64,000 bases of DNA, from IMG/VR virus record IMGVR_UViG_3300037247_000623; one strand, 5' to 3'. The translations under genes were made by a program, and so were the position numbers. Below, in pieces: positions 55,601 to 64,000 of the stretch (position 1 is the stretch's first letter; every line of letters starts with the position of its first letter). Below the pieces are notes generated by a model, which worked only from the letters and a program-made list of their open reading frames with translations, did no database searches and was not told the origin of the DNA. Source of the DNA: an uncultured virus (IMG/VR IMGVR_UViG_3300037247_000623). Lineage: Duplodnaviria; Heunggongvirae; Uroviricota; Caudoviricetes.

Positions 55601-58600
55601 CCTCCCATGAGGCGTTGGCCCTTGAGAACAGAGCGCTTCATTTCGGGGGTGATGTCTATGGCATGGACGGGGCGGGTATCCGGAAAGTTTGGTTCAGGCG
55701 GGACAGGGATTCTGATAGTCCGAACTCTAGCTCCCCACTTCTTCCCATACTTGTTCAAGTAGTTCGGGATGATGTTGTCGTAGAGTGCTCGAAGAGACTT
55801 ACCTCCTACTTCGATGCCTTTTACGTCGAGTTCTCGCCAGCCGGAACTTGCAATAGGAAGACCTTCAGCTTCAAGACCGCGAATAGGCGCTCCCTTTTTC
55901 TGTGTGATCGCTTCTGCGATTTCCTTTCCGAAGGTAGGTGCGAGATCTTCTTTAGCAAACGTGTGGTCTAGATTGGGTATAGGATTCCCTTTCAAGTCCA
56001 TCGGAGTGATCTTGTATTGTCCCGGTTTGAGAGGATTCTCTTTGTACTCAATAGTGGACAGGACCTTAGCGAGATCGTACCTCGCTACTTGCTGCTTCCC
56101 AGTAGTCCAAGCCAACTTGTCGAAGCCCTTCTCTGCTGCGTAGCGGAGCATGCGCTTGAGGGAGAGTTCGTGCCAGTCTTTTAGGAAGGGGGTTGGAGGA
56201 GCATCTACAGCAATACCGGGCCGCCGTTCTGCTTGTGCCCAATCACTCTGCATCTCCTCAACAAACAACACCCGCTTTCCCTGAACGTCCACCCGCTCAT
56301 TGAAGCGGATGTGGGCTAGAATGTTGGACTCGCCCTCGAAGTGGCCTCCTCGGAAGTCGCCACCCATATCCACAAGATCTTCAGCCGTCTCGAAGCGTTC
56401 TATTAACCTCCCATAGGTAGTGAGATCCTCTGGAGAAAGGAGCCTTTTTATTGTAGGGTTGTCAAGAATTTCTAAATCTTGAGCCTGGAATATTCTACGT
56501 CCTTCGGGATATTTCTCTCTGAGAATGTGTTCGAACTGCGTAAGTTCCCTACCAGCCGCTCTTGCCGCTTCCGCAGCCACCGCTCCCTGTGGCTCTCTCT
56601 CAGGAAGCTTCAGCAACAGCTCCTTGTAGTTTTCGCCTCCGGGGAGTTGGTACTTGGAATACTCAGGGTCTCTTCCTACTTTGGCCGACTCAATAGTACG
56701 GGCCAGCTGTGCTTCAGCTGCTTTCTTAGCGAGTAATGCGGCATGCCCAAAGCTTTGTGCTTTCTTGCCGACCAAGCCTATTAACGCATCTCCCGGTCCA
56801 GTTCCCGCTTTATAGCTAAGCCCTTCTTCAACAATTTCAAAAGCCTCATCAGTAGGTTCTCCGCGTTCACGTAGTTCTTCTCTCACCGCGCGAATCAACT
56901 CGTTTGATATAGCACGATATTTGGTGGAAGTTTGGTCGGAATAGGTTGTTTGCTCCCGAATTACCGTACTAAATCTAGGCTCTAACTTTCGCTGCCCTAG
57001 TTCGACCTCCTCAATGGTAATCTGATTCTTCCTGAGCGTATCCAGAACCTCTTGCTTGGTAACAGGACGCTTCTCCTTCCTAGCTAGCGCTAGGAGGTCG
57101 TCTAAGCCACTCCACTTGGCCTCAGCGAGCGTAACTCCCGCCTTGCGGACCAAGGCCCCTATCTGCTCAGGAGCAGCCCTGTTGGGCATCCTAGCCTCTA
57201 CTACTCGCTCTAGGTGGCTATAGAAGGTCGGCCCCTTCGTAGCTAGCTCAGCTACGCGGTCCTGGAACGCCTTGAGCTTAGCCTTCTTCTCCTCTACAGC
57301 AGCAGCTCGCTTGTTGATGAACTCCTTGATGCGCTGAGGGAGCATCTCTCCGAGGGTGATAAATCCCCCCTCCCTACGTCGTTGTCCTGGCTTCTTAGCT
57401 GCGGCGAACTTCGCGTGCTCTAGCGCCCTCGGATCCTGCTGTGCCTTTAGTTCTACGTATCTGGCAAGCGCCGCTCGGAAATTGTCAGTCCAAAACTCAA
57501 CTGAGACATCCATGGGAAGGGCAGCTTGAATCTCCTTTACTGCCTTCCCGAAGCCGAGTCGCTCCATCTTCTTGACGAGAGCATCAATCCGCTTAGTACC
57601 CAGCTCCGCTCTTGAGGGCATTGGGAGCTTGATGTCAGTTACGGGCGCTTCCTCGGGCGGAATCTCTATTGGGGCTACGGCCTTCTTACGCTTAGCCTCA
57701 AGGATAGCGTTGCGGAGGTTCTGCTCGTGCTTGCCCAGGCGAGTCCCAATATCCTCTGCCTTATCAAATTGCTTCGCTACGCCACGAACCTGTTCAAGAG
57801 CTTCGGGGCCCGCCACTTCTGCCAACTCATCTTCCATTCCCTTGATGACTCGGAGGTACTCGTCTTGGATTTCCGCTCGACCCCGTACTGCAACCTTCTC
57901 TTCAGCAACCGTGCCTACTGTGAACTCTTCTTCGGGTCCACGGATACCTACCTCTCGCTTCTGTTGCCTCTCGGCCTTGCGTCGGGCGTTCGCTACTTCA
58001 TTCCTAACGAATCCCCAAAACCAAGTAGTCACCTTGCCCTTGCCCTTGAAAGTCTTGGCCTTTAGCATCGCCTTACTAACAGCGAGTTCTGCAATTCCCT
58101 CGTCGATCAGGTAGTCTGATACCTTCTTCGTATAGGACTTGCGGATGACTGCCTTTGCGTAGGATAGGAACTTCTTATGAAGCGGCCCTGCGATAGTCTC
58201 ATTCTTGACCTTCTCGGAAATAGCGGGGTTGCGCCACCTTGCGAAGTCTGCAGCGAGTGCTTCACTAAGCTTTCGAGTTTCCGCCTCCCTAGCCTGAGCT
58301 TGCTTACTCTTCGCCGGGACAACTTTCGCAGCTTTCCGTGGGACGAATTCATTGGGGCTTGGGATGTCGCTGACTTGGGTTACTTCTCCTGTAGTAGGAA
58401 GTCGGGCGGGCATGGCCCCGCGAGCCTCACGAACCTCTCGGGCGTTGATGTCTGGTGCAACGGTTCCGCGCCGGGAGACAAGTCCTAACGTCCCCGCTCT
58501 TCGCTGCTCCATCATCTCTTGGACTTCACTTATCCAACGGTCGATTACCTTACGCTCACCGGGCGTGGGTAGCCGCTTCTGTGCTGCCTTTAGGCGATGG

Positions 58601-59787
58601 AGTTCGGCCTGCATCTTTTGAATGGTAGGGGTAGTTGTAGGGAAGGAGGGAGGAGTAAGATCGATTTTAGGGGGAGTTAGATCGACGGCTGGCGGCTTCT
58701 CTTCTGGTGGTGCTTTCGGGACAGACACCTGACTAATGTCAATAGGGGTAGGTATCTTAACCCCCTCTCGGCTTGCCGCTTCCATAGCGCGAATCGCAGG
58801 AGCAGGCACGACTTGTGGAGGAGGAATTCCAGCTTGCTCGGCCTTAAGTTCTGCCTCAAGCTGCGCCTTGGTTCTCGGCACATCGGGCCGCTCTACCTTA
58901 TAACGCTCCCAAGCCGCTTTAATTCCCAACTCTCCTGCACGGGGATGAAACGCACCTCTACCGGCTAAGGTTGCAAAAGTGGCAGTAGTTGTCGCATTCG
59001 CTAATGACTGACCAAATTCTCTAGATGCTAAGGGGTTTCTACCAGCATCTATCTCCCGTCTGTAAATCTCATAAGAGTGTCCCAACTCTTTAGAGGTTGA
59101 ATCAATCATAGATGCGGAAAGTCCCGCTAGACCGAATTTTGTTATTGCAGCTGGAATCCCCAGCGTTGGAGCAACGATCAAGGCTCCGATTAGTCCTGCG
59201 TTCGTCAATGTTGTCAAACCCGCAAACACGTCCCCCCCGACTTGGGCGGTGTCGAAAACAGTGTTAAGAAACGCTTCTAAATGAGGATGTTGATTTCCGG
59301 GCAAGATAATCATATCCTCCTCTGCATTGTAGAAAGGCACCTTGGCCCGCATATCTCGAACGAACTTCCCTGCGGGGATGGCTGGAGTTTCAAATGCCTT
59401 CTGGAAACCTTTGCGTACTTTCTCAATCTCTCCTGGAGGTCCGAAGCGTGGCCCACCAACGGTAACAGGCACACGTCCAGCCTGCCTGATTTCAGGGAAG
59501 CCAGGGAGTCGGGTAGGTATAAGGGATGGTTTGGTTGTGGGTGCGCCCGGTTGGGCAGGTGGGCCGCTTGGGGGAGCGGGAGGGGGGATGGTAGTAGGTT
59601 GGGGGACGGGACGGAACTTCATATCCCAGAGATCCGCCTTACTCTCCTGTGGGATACCTAAATCTTTAAATGCTTTTTGAAAGTCTTCAGATGTCTTAGA
59701 CGCATTATATGCATCCCAAGCTTGCGCCTTCAGCTCACGAGGAATCGCGAGTTTTTCTAAGTAATCTTGTAGGGGCTCCTGGGGCAC
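52675..59787 (-). CDS. Giant polyvalent internal virion/ejection protein with embedded sigma-like domain and C-terminal LPD38
   Basis: 2370 aa; C-terminal FFNANIQG, YFKIPKP, SPVKIQYTIESFLGGLG (LPD38-like); central LPGGENYKE...LFVEEMQSDW domain; sigma-like segment at about aa 510-702. Confidence 0.8.
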   Translation of the reverse strand: MPQEPLQDYLEKLAIPRELKAQAWDAYNASKTSEDFQKAFKDLGIPQESKADLWDMKFRPVPQPTTIPPPAPPSGPPAQPGAPTTKPSLIPTRLPGFPEIRQAGRVPVTVGGPRFGPPGEIEKVRKGFQKAFETPAIPAGKFVRDMRAKVPFYNAEEDMIILPGNQHPHLEAFLNTVFDTAQVGGDVFAGLTTLTNAGLIGALIVAPTLGIPAAITKFGLAGLSASMIDSTSKELGHSYEIYRREIDAGRNPLASREFGQSLANATTTATFATLAGRGAFHPRAGELGIKAAWERYKVERPDVPRTKAQLEAELKAEQAGIPPPQVVPAPAIRAMEAASREGVKIPTPIDISQVSVPKAPPEEKPPAVDLTPPKIDLTPPSFPTTTPTIQKMQAELHRLKAAQKRLPTPGERKVIDRWISEVQEMMEQRRAGTLGLVSRRGTVAPDINAREVREARGAMPARLPTTGEVTQVSDIPSPNEFVPRKAAKVVPAKSKQAQAREAETRKLSEALAADFARWRNPAISEKVKNETIAGPLHKKFLSYAKAVIRKSYTKKVSDYLIDEGIAELAVSKAMLKAKTFKGKGKVTTWFWGFVRNEVANARRKAERQQKREVGIRGPEEEFTVGTVAEEKVAVRGRAEIQDEYLRVIKGMEDELAEVAGPEALEQVRGVAKQFDKAEDIGTRLGKHEQNLRNAILEAKRKKAVAPIEIPPEEAPVTDIKLPMPSRAELGTKRIDALVKKMERLGFGKAVKEIQAALPMDVSVEFWTDNFRAALARYVELKAQQDPRALEHAKFAAAKKPGQRRREGGFITLGEMLPQRIKEFINKRAAAVEEKKAKLKAFQDRVAELATKGPTFYSHLERVVEARMPNRAAPEQIGALVRKAGVTLAEAKWSGLDDLLALARKEKRPVTKQEVLDTLRKNQITIEEVELGQRKLEPRFSTVIREQTTYSDQTSTKYRAISNELIRAVREELRERGEPTDEAFEIVEEGLSYKAGTGPGDALIGLVGKKAQSFGHAALLAKKAAEAQLARTIESAKVGRDPEYSKYQLPGGENYKELLLKLPEREPQGAVAAEAARAAGRELTQFEHILREKYPEGRRIFQAQDLEILDNPTIKRLLSPEDLTTYGRLIERFETAEDLVDMGGDFRGGHFEGESNILAHIRFNERVDVQGKRVLFVEEMQSDWAQAERRPGIAVDAPPTPFLKDWHELSLKRMLRYAAEKGFDKLAWTTGKQQVARYDLAKVLSTIEYKENPLKPGQYKITPMDLKGNPIPNLDHTFAKEDLAPTFGKEIAEAITQKKGAPIRGLEAEGLPIASSGWRELDVKGIEVGGKSLRALYDNIIPNYLNKYGKKWGARVRTIRIPVPPEPNFPDTRPVHAIDITPEMKRSVLKGQRLMGGFGPTIRGKLNLGEKIKEAVSRLQNRQLPVVSKRYQEILQARKDAKGPTARFSERLAMLPRAFVRRFYDRFINIRIAERAIEKSIGRKLDPETEAAYLEARLVFGGEGGPMEAAAIRYGNAATVVNRLGLGDYFTQYLDLFAYRRGIANIVRKRTEALRLATEAKGNYDEVARQVTEGEITVKQGAAKLGRFRKEAARYRRQAKEFGTMLKKREVVPKKYDLMTISKELKDIEGNLSKQQFAEVKKAADAVWALNRKAWDLAHREGIISNEAHATGIALGKEYVPLWRIIEKAKEAGHFGDTNLQLRQQKILRAFKGSALENLDPLETSLLQHIETIREAGRNRAAKRLIQLRDIDPEGFGRDVRELKFREQPPPNMGQISYFENGRVRSFAVPKSLAQALNELNATDVGFIADTLLKIPKRWFQLGATQANLAFAIPNVARDVQRMAMISEARVRNPKDVALLAKDWSEAFFSVVIKNERYLEFLESRAAYSTLQRNITPKTFLFGGIEKVAPRDPFSRAIRAPFRPLSFTIDKIEKLNSAFEEATKMTTYRELRAKGVGVKEAAFETRRFGGSPDFASGGAYSRELNLLWMFFNANIQGTVGNISRLATNPKLLGTMMTTVTALALTLHKWNMQFLDDEGNPEIYRVSQTERDHNWVILRNSRKPTSAGATRNRYFKIPKPHVVRMLVNPIQEGLVQHSKGQMQKGKLALRAISDLIPGQFDLEKHGIGPGLGYGALSSLNPLPRTIIEVGGNISGFRGGAPIESRAMEGIEARERYTYTTSEFAKWLGNVTNKSPVKIQYTIESFLGGLGQMGLDVADLAMGRDFSPLPLEGDEAIARTPVVGRIAKRFVGSTMDEVVQDLERAFYEVSDKANEVKKTTDWKKKKYAETPEVAIDYAIKDPEKRLLYRMQPKLAEIRVELSEIRARRERVIMSKKLSIEHKRRLLSMLYKERVRTLTNAIRVLTLKLDGQGQ

Positions 59788-59795
59788 GGATAACC

Positions 59796-60737
59796 TTACC
59801 TCGGTTGATCGGGTCTAAACGGATTTCCTCCGCCACCTGTACTTGGTCGTTGGAACTTAAAGTCCTCCCACGACAGGGTTCCTCCCATCCTTAGATGGAC
59901 AAAATAATTCGCGCGGAGCTCTCTAAGCCGTTCAAGAGCCTCTGCCCGGTCCCCTTCATTTGCTTCGGGATTCTCCATCATATAGTCGAAGTCATCCATC
60001 TTTTCGAGAATTCCGACTTCCTTGTTGGCTAAACCCTGCTCAGTCCGAAGGAGTTCGTTACGGTCTCTGATTGGGCCTGTGATGATTTCTCGGCCTCGGG
60101 CACCCTCAAGTCCAGAGACATACGCACCTTGACCACGAAGCTGGGCTCGATAAGCTGCCTCTTCGGTCGTGTTCATAGGGCCGCGAGGAGGAGTCTCTGC
60201 CGCACGTTCCGCATTCCTTTTCGCTATGAAACGTTCTATGTCTGTCCCGGCGGATGTCGTAGGAGGTTTGCCAGGAATACCCGGAACTTGCTGTCCTTCA
60301 CCTTCTGGTGTTACCCCAAAAACACCACCGGGTCGCTCGAAGTATTTGACAAAGGGGTCTTCGTCCTCTGGAACGTCAGGGCGACCGAGTTTCTCAGCTC
60401 GCGCAATATCCAACCCTATTCCAGACTCTAGCTTCTGCATCTCCAATCCCTGCTTCATCATCCCCAGCGGGGCAAGAATCTTCTGCATCTGCTTGTTCTT
60501 CTTGAATCCAGGGATGCCGAGGACAGCTTGCGCGACGTTGGAGATAGCCTCTCCGGGGGTGGAACTGGGCTTAGTCAAGGCGGCACCAAGAACAGCTCCC
60601 TCGACCATCGAGGCGATTCGTGGGTGCTTCTTTGAGAAGCGTTTCGGGAAGAGCAGGTTATCTGAGCCTTCGATGTCATTCATCCTGGTTGCTTGATCGA
60701 AGAGGGGAGCGAGCATTTCCATTAGGTCTCTGGGCAT
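59796..60737 (-). CDS. Internal virion/ejection protein (probable)
   Basis: Helical, Gly/Pro-rich; upstream of the giant ejection protein. Confidence 0.55.
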   Translation of the reverse strand: MPRDLMEMLAPLFDQATRMNDIEGSDNLLFPKRFSKKHPRIASMVEGAVLGAALTKPSSTPGEAISNVAQAVLGIPGFKKNKQMQKILAPLGMMKQGLEMQKLESGIGLDIARAEKLGRPDVPEDEDPFVKYFERPGGVFGVTPEGEGQQVPGIPGKPPTTSAGTDIERFIAKRNAERAAETPPRGPMNTTEEAAYRAQLRGQGAYVSGLEGARGREIITGPIRDRNELLRTEQGLANKEVGILEKMDDFDYMMENPEANEGDRAEALERLRELRANYFVHLRMGGTLSWEDFKFQRPSTGGGGNPFRPDQPR

Positions 60738-60739
60738 TG

Positions 60740-61396
60740 TTATCCTCTAAAACCGGGGTAAGGTGGAGCGGGTTGTCCGCCGAAACCTCCGGGCCAACTT
60801 GCAGGGTTAGAGGTCATTTGACCGGTACCTGTGAATCCACCACCAACTGCGCCACTAGCACCGCCAGTAGCGTAATTGGCGGCTGCTCCGATAGCCGCCC
60901 CAGCGACCTGCGGTAGCCACGTTCCGAGGCCGGAAGTTGTAGTTGTTCCGCTTCCACTTTGCACGCTACTTGTCTTGGTGCCAGTCTGAAGTGGCCGGAA
61001 ACTTTGTGCGTCTCTGCGTGCGCGCTCACGGGCCTGCTGTGCGTAGAGCAAAGAATTGGTAAAGCTTCCTTGTTTGAACGCACTTACAGCACGTTGATTG
61101 GAAGCTAGTATGGATTGCTGCATGGCATTCTGAGCATTTCCAGAGAATCCACCTGCTAATTGATTCTGAAAGAGATTTTGGTTCATGCTCTGGCCGAGTC
61201 GTCCTGCTTGCTGGTTGCTTTGTTGGATAAGTTGATTGAAGTATGTCGCCTGTAAGGGATCCTTCATGTATTCCTTGAGAAGGTTGGCCACTAACGGCTG
61301 AAGACCTTTGTAAGCTTGAAAGGAGGCCGGATCGTACTGAATACTCTGTGAACCGCTAGTTAAGACATTAGTTTTTGTTTCTTGTTTAGTTGACAT
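60740..61396 (-). CDS. Internal virion/pilot protein (probable)
   Basis: Gln/Gly/Ala-rich with C-terminal GAAIGAAA glycine zipper. Confidence 0.6.
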   Translation of the reverse strand: MSTKQETKTNVLTSGSQSIQYDPASFQAYKGLQPLVANLLKEYMKDPLQATYFNQLIQQSNQQAGRLGQSMNQNLFQNQLAGGFSGNAQNAMQQSILASNQRAVSAFKQGSFTNSLLYAQQARERARRDAQSFRPLQTGTKTSSVQSGSGTTTTSGLGTWLPQVAGAAIGAAANYATGGASGAVGGGFTGTGQMTSNPASWPGGFGGQPAPPYPGFRG

Positions 61397-61744
61397 CTAT
61401 AGTACCTTCTTAAAGCGCCGCTCGGGGCCTTTGGATATTGTCTCCGCCCCCCACTTTTCTGCTGTCGTTCGCCACTCCGCATCCTCCTCAAGTATGTTGA
61501 AGTAATACTCTGGAACTCCCATCATTCGTAAGGCAGTTTCAATTCCAAATAGGAACATCATCTTCTTCTGCTTCGGGGTTTTTTCTTCAAAGATAACTGG
61601 GTCTACCTCAGTGACGGTCTTGATAACTGCGAACTCTGTAGTAGCGCCGGGGAAGGCAACTACGGTAGAGGCGTTGTTGAGATTCGCGCCGTCCTTGATA
61701 TTCTCAATCTCTTCTGGAGTTGCTAGTCGGATTGCTGGAATCAA
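61397..61744 (-). CDS. Hypothetical virion-assembly protein (possibly GNAT-like fold)
   Basis: IRLAT.EE start; position before the ejection genes. Confidence 0.4.
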   Translation of the reverse strand: MIPAIRLATPEEIENIKDGANLNNASTVVAFPGATTEFAVIKTVTEVDPVIFEEKTPKQKKMMFLFGIETALRMMGVPEYYFNILEEDAEWRTTAEKWGAETISKGPERRFKKVL

Positions 61745-61756
61745 ACAGTGCTCCCT

Positions 61757-62029
61757 TTAACTGACCTGTTTTAACGTTTCTTTTAATTCTTCTCGCCAAG
61801 CGGCTTCGTCTGCTACTTGTTGACGTGCGGTATCTAAATCCTGTTGTAATTGTGATAAAGTGATTGGAAGCCGCGATCCGTCAACCGCGCCGAAGGTCAC
61901 AGTCTTCTTAACTGACACGCTCCCGATAATTGCTTCTAGTAGCTTGAATGGCGGTGCGCTAGTTGTTATTCCATCTGTATCCGTAACTTGTACTGCTTTG
62001 CCGCGCACTGTGATTGTCATCGTCGGCAT
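61757..62029 (-). CDS. Hypothetical protein
   Basis: ATG 62029 coupled to the upstream stop. Confidence 0.45.
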   Translation of the reverse strand: MPTMTITVRGKAVQVTDTDGITTSAPPFKLLEAIIGSVSVKKTVTFGAVDGSRLPITLSQLQQDLDTARQQVADEAAWREELKETLKQVS

Positions 62030-63720
62030 TAACTTACTCCCTCTATCCAAACCTCATAAATTCTTCCGTCAAGACTCCCTGAAGTGGCGGTTGGGCCAAC
62101 ACGGAGCCTCAGCCGGACTGTGATTTGAGAAGTATTTGTGCTTAGTGGCAAAGTAACTGAATCGGTTTGTAAACTGCGAGTTGTTCCGGCACTAAGTGTA
62201 TATATATCGGTATCTGAGGTGCCGTCATTCCAAATCAACCGGGCGATGCCACCGCCGGTGTTGATCGAATTCGTTTGAACTTCATTTCTAACTTTTAATG
62301 TTAAAGATTTCCATGAAAGGAAGGCAGAGGGAAAATCTAAAACCTCGACAGTTGCCTCATTAGTCCCTGAGTCGCCGTTTAGCCCTTGGGTTGTACTCGT
62401 GGAGGTATCCCCGTCTCTGGCATTAGTCGAATTACTAACGGACCCATTCCCCACTGTGGTTGGGGTATCAGTTGCCGGACTCAGCCTAAGAGACTGCCCA
62501 AATTGTGCTCCTACTCCACCGTCATCATTCCCTATTGTGTCTCCGCCCCCATTTGGAGGAGTAAGAATGGAGCCGACAAAGAATCGATCATCGTCATTAA
62601 GCGCAGTTTCTTTGATGGTTGCGGCGTTAAAGGTTACAGATCCTCCTGCCAAAGTTGCATCGTCGTAGTAAATGTAGTGCAGAGTAGCAAATGATAGACT
62701 GGTAACACTACCAGAATTGATACTGACATCGGTAGCACCCACTCTCATTGTGAAAGCGGCTATGCTAACTGTTGCGGTAGCTCCAGCATCGGTCGCCGTC
62801 AGCGGGTTACTCGTTGGGCGGTAACTACCATGACCAGGACCTAGATTTTCTAGACTAGTAATGTCGGCATTATCTTCAGGTTTTGTAGCTCCATCTACAT
62901 CAGCGAAGTCTACGCCCGTCCCCGAATTACTCGCGGAGGAACTTTGTGTGCTCTCTTGATTCGCTGTGTTTAACGCCGTAACCCAGTAGAAAAAAGTTGT
63001 GCCACGTCCGGCTGTCTTATCAAAGTAGCCAGGATTGCCTGTTTTTGTCACGCCTACGTTGGCTATAGCACTAGAACTCCCAAAAATATCTGCCGTGTGG
63101 CGGTGTACGTTGTAACCAGCAAGGTTTGTTTCAGTGCCAAGGGTCCAACTGAGCTGCACTCCTAACTCTTCTTGATTTGCGCCGAGTCCACTCGGGGCGG
63201 TGGGGGCGCTAGCATTCCCGTCCAGAACACCTGTCTGATTTGGGGCCAAACTCCAATCTTCTCGCGTTCCTCCAAGTGTGTTCTTTGCAATGAAGTAGAA
63301 AGTAACCGTTTCTCCGGTTCGTTGAAGTTGAACATTAAAGCTAGCTGATCCTCCTGCCGCACCAGCAAAGTTATGTTCCGCTACTTTGACGAGTTCTGCT
63401 GACCCTCGATAATCTTCAGCGACTAAAAAAACTCCAGCAAAATTCCCGAGAGGACTTGGTGCGGTGTATGTAGCAGTAACCTCACTCCACACAACTCCGT
63501 CAACAGTGAATCCACTCTCCGAAATTGAAGGACTTGTTATCTCCGCCGGGACACCAACATCCGTAGCGCTTTCGTCTGCGGTAGTTTGGGCGGCGGCGGC
63601 AGCTTCTCGGCTTTGTTCTATTCTTTGCCGAAGCTCCTCTTCGTGATTTTCAATTCCATCTGCCCATTCGTTAAGTACGCCTACCTTTGTATCCTCGAAC
63701 TTCGACAGTCTTAAAGGCAT
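62029..63720 (-). CDS. Tail fibre/spike protein with fibronectin type III domain
   Basis: APTAPSGL...VQLSW...LAGYNVHR...FFYWVTALN...ES. Confidence 0.7.
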   Translation of the reverse strand: MPLRLSKFEDTKVGVLNEWADGIENHEEELRQRIEQSREAAAAAQTTADESATDVGVPAEITSPSISESGFTVDGVVWSEVTATYTAPSPLGNFAGVFLVAEDYRGSAELVKVAEHNFAGAAGGSASFNVQLQRTGETVTFYFIAKNTLGGTREDWSLAPNQTGVLDGNASAPTAPSGLGANQEELGVQLSWTLGTETNLAGYNVHRHTADIFGSSSAIANVGVTKTGNPGYFDKTAGRGTTFFYWVTALNTANQESTQSSSASNSGTGVDFADVDGATKPEDNADITSLENLGPGHGSYRPTSNPLTATDAGATATVSIAAFTMRVGATDVSINSGSVTSLSFATLHYIYYDDATLAGGSVTFNAATIKETALNDDDRFFVGSILTPPNGGGDTIGNDDGGVGAQFGQSLRLSPATDTPTTVGNGSVSNSTNARDGDTSTSTTQGLNGDSGTNEATVEVLDFPSAFLSWKSLTLKVRNEVQTNSINTGGGIARLIWNDGTSDTDIYTLSAGTTRSLQTDSVTLPLSTNTSQITVRLRLRVGPTATSGSLDGRIYEVWIEGVS

Positions 63721-64000
63721 CTAGAACCTGTGTAATGGAGTGAAATCTAACGCAAAGTAATTTAGGAGTGGGTCTCCAACGGCAGTTGATATAAAGGTGA
63801 ACCGATAGAACTTGTCTTTCGTGACCTTGCCTGCTAGATAGACCTTGAAATCACCAAGAGGGCTGGTAACTAAGCTCGCACCTGAGACTACCGTGGTCGG
63901 AGAAGCGAATTCCGCTTGAGTTGATGCACTTTCGACTGTTACGGTCATGGTGCTGTCCCCGGTTAAGACTTCCAGTTCATTAAGCAGCTTACGTGCTGTA
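63721..64000 (-). CDS. Tail protein, probably nozzle (C-terminal part; runs off window edge)
   Basis: Frame open to the window end (TARKLLNELEVLTGDSTM...). Confidence 0.45.
   Translation of the reverse strand, partial: TARKLLNELEVLTGDSTMTVTVESASTQAEFASPTTVVSGASLVTSPLGDFKVYLAGKVTKDKFYRFTFISTAVGDPLLNYFALDFTPLHRF

Noticed and set aside
1..64000. Stop-codon reassignment
   Set aside because: Conserved genes are full length in the standard code, all three stops end genes, and no suppressor tRNA was found

Overview
The window is most of a tailed dsDNA phage genome, probably podovirus-like. It is circularly permuted: it opens inside the major capsid gene and ends inside a tail gene. Minus-strand morphogenesis genes occupy 1-16.5 kb (capsid, scaffold, portal, a roughly 8 kb fibre/spike cassette, TerL, TerS) and 52.4-64 kb (holin-like gene, a 2370-aa LPD38 ejection protein, other internal and tail proteins). 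The plus-strand arm (17-51.5 kb) carries small early genes, a macro domain, a phiEco32-like amidoligase cluster, an ECF sigma factor, three tRNAs, recombination and replication genes (UDG-PolA fusion) and nucleotide-pool enzymes. A minus-strand tyrosine recombinase follows. Most striking observations: (1) an apparently complete ECF sigma factor (regions 2 and 4) embedded in the giant virion ejection protein, resembling the stand-alone phage sigma; (2) five strictly spaced copies of a promoter-like motif, GTCGTAAT-N13-GGGTCTAACATAGT; (3) a non-palindromic 9-mer, GCCGGGACA, found at least 22 times across the genome on both strands and in different reading frames; (4) several non-canonical structured RNAs, including two tandem CCA-ended tRNA-Gly acceptor mimics and a kissing-loop RNA. 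All assignments come from reading motifs by eye; no searches were run.
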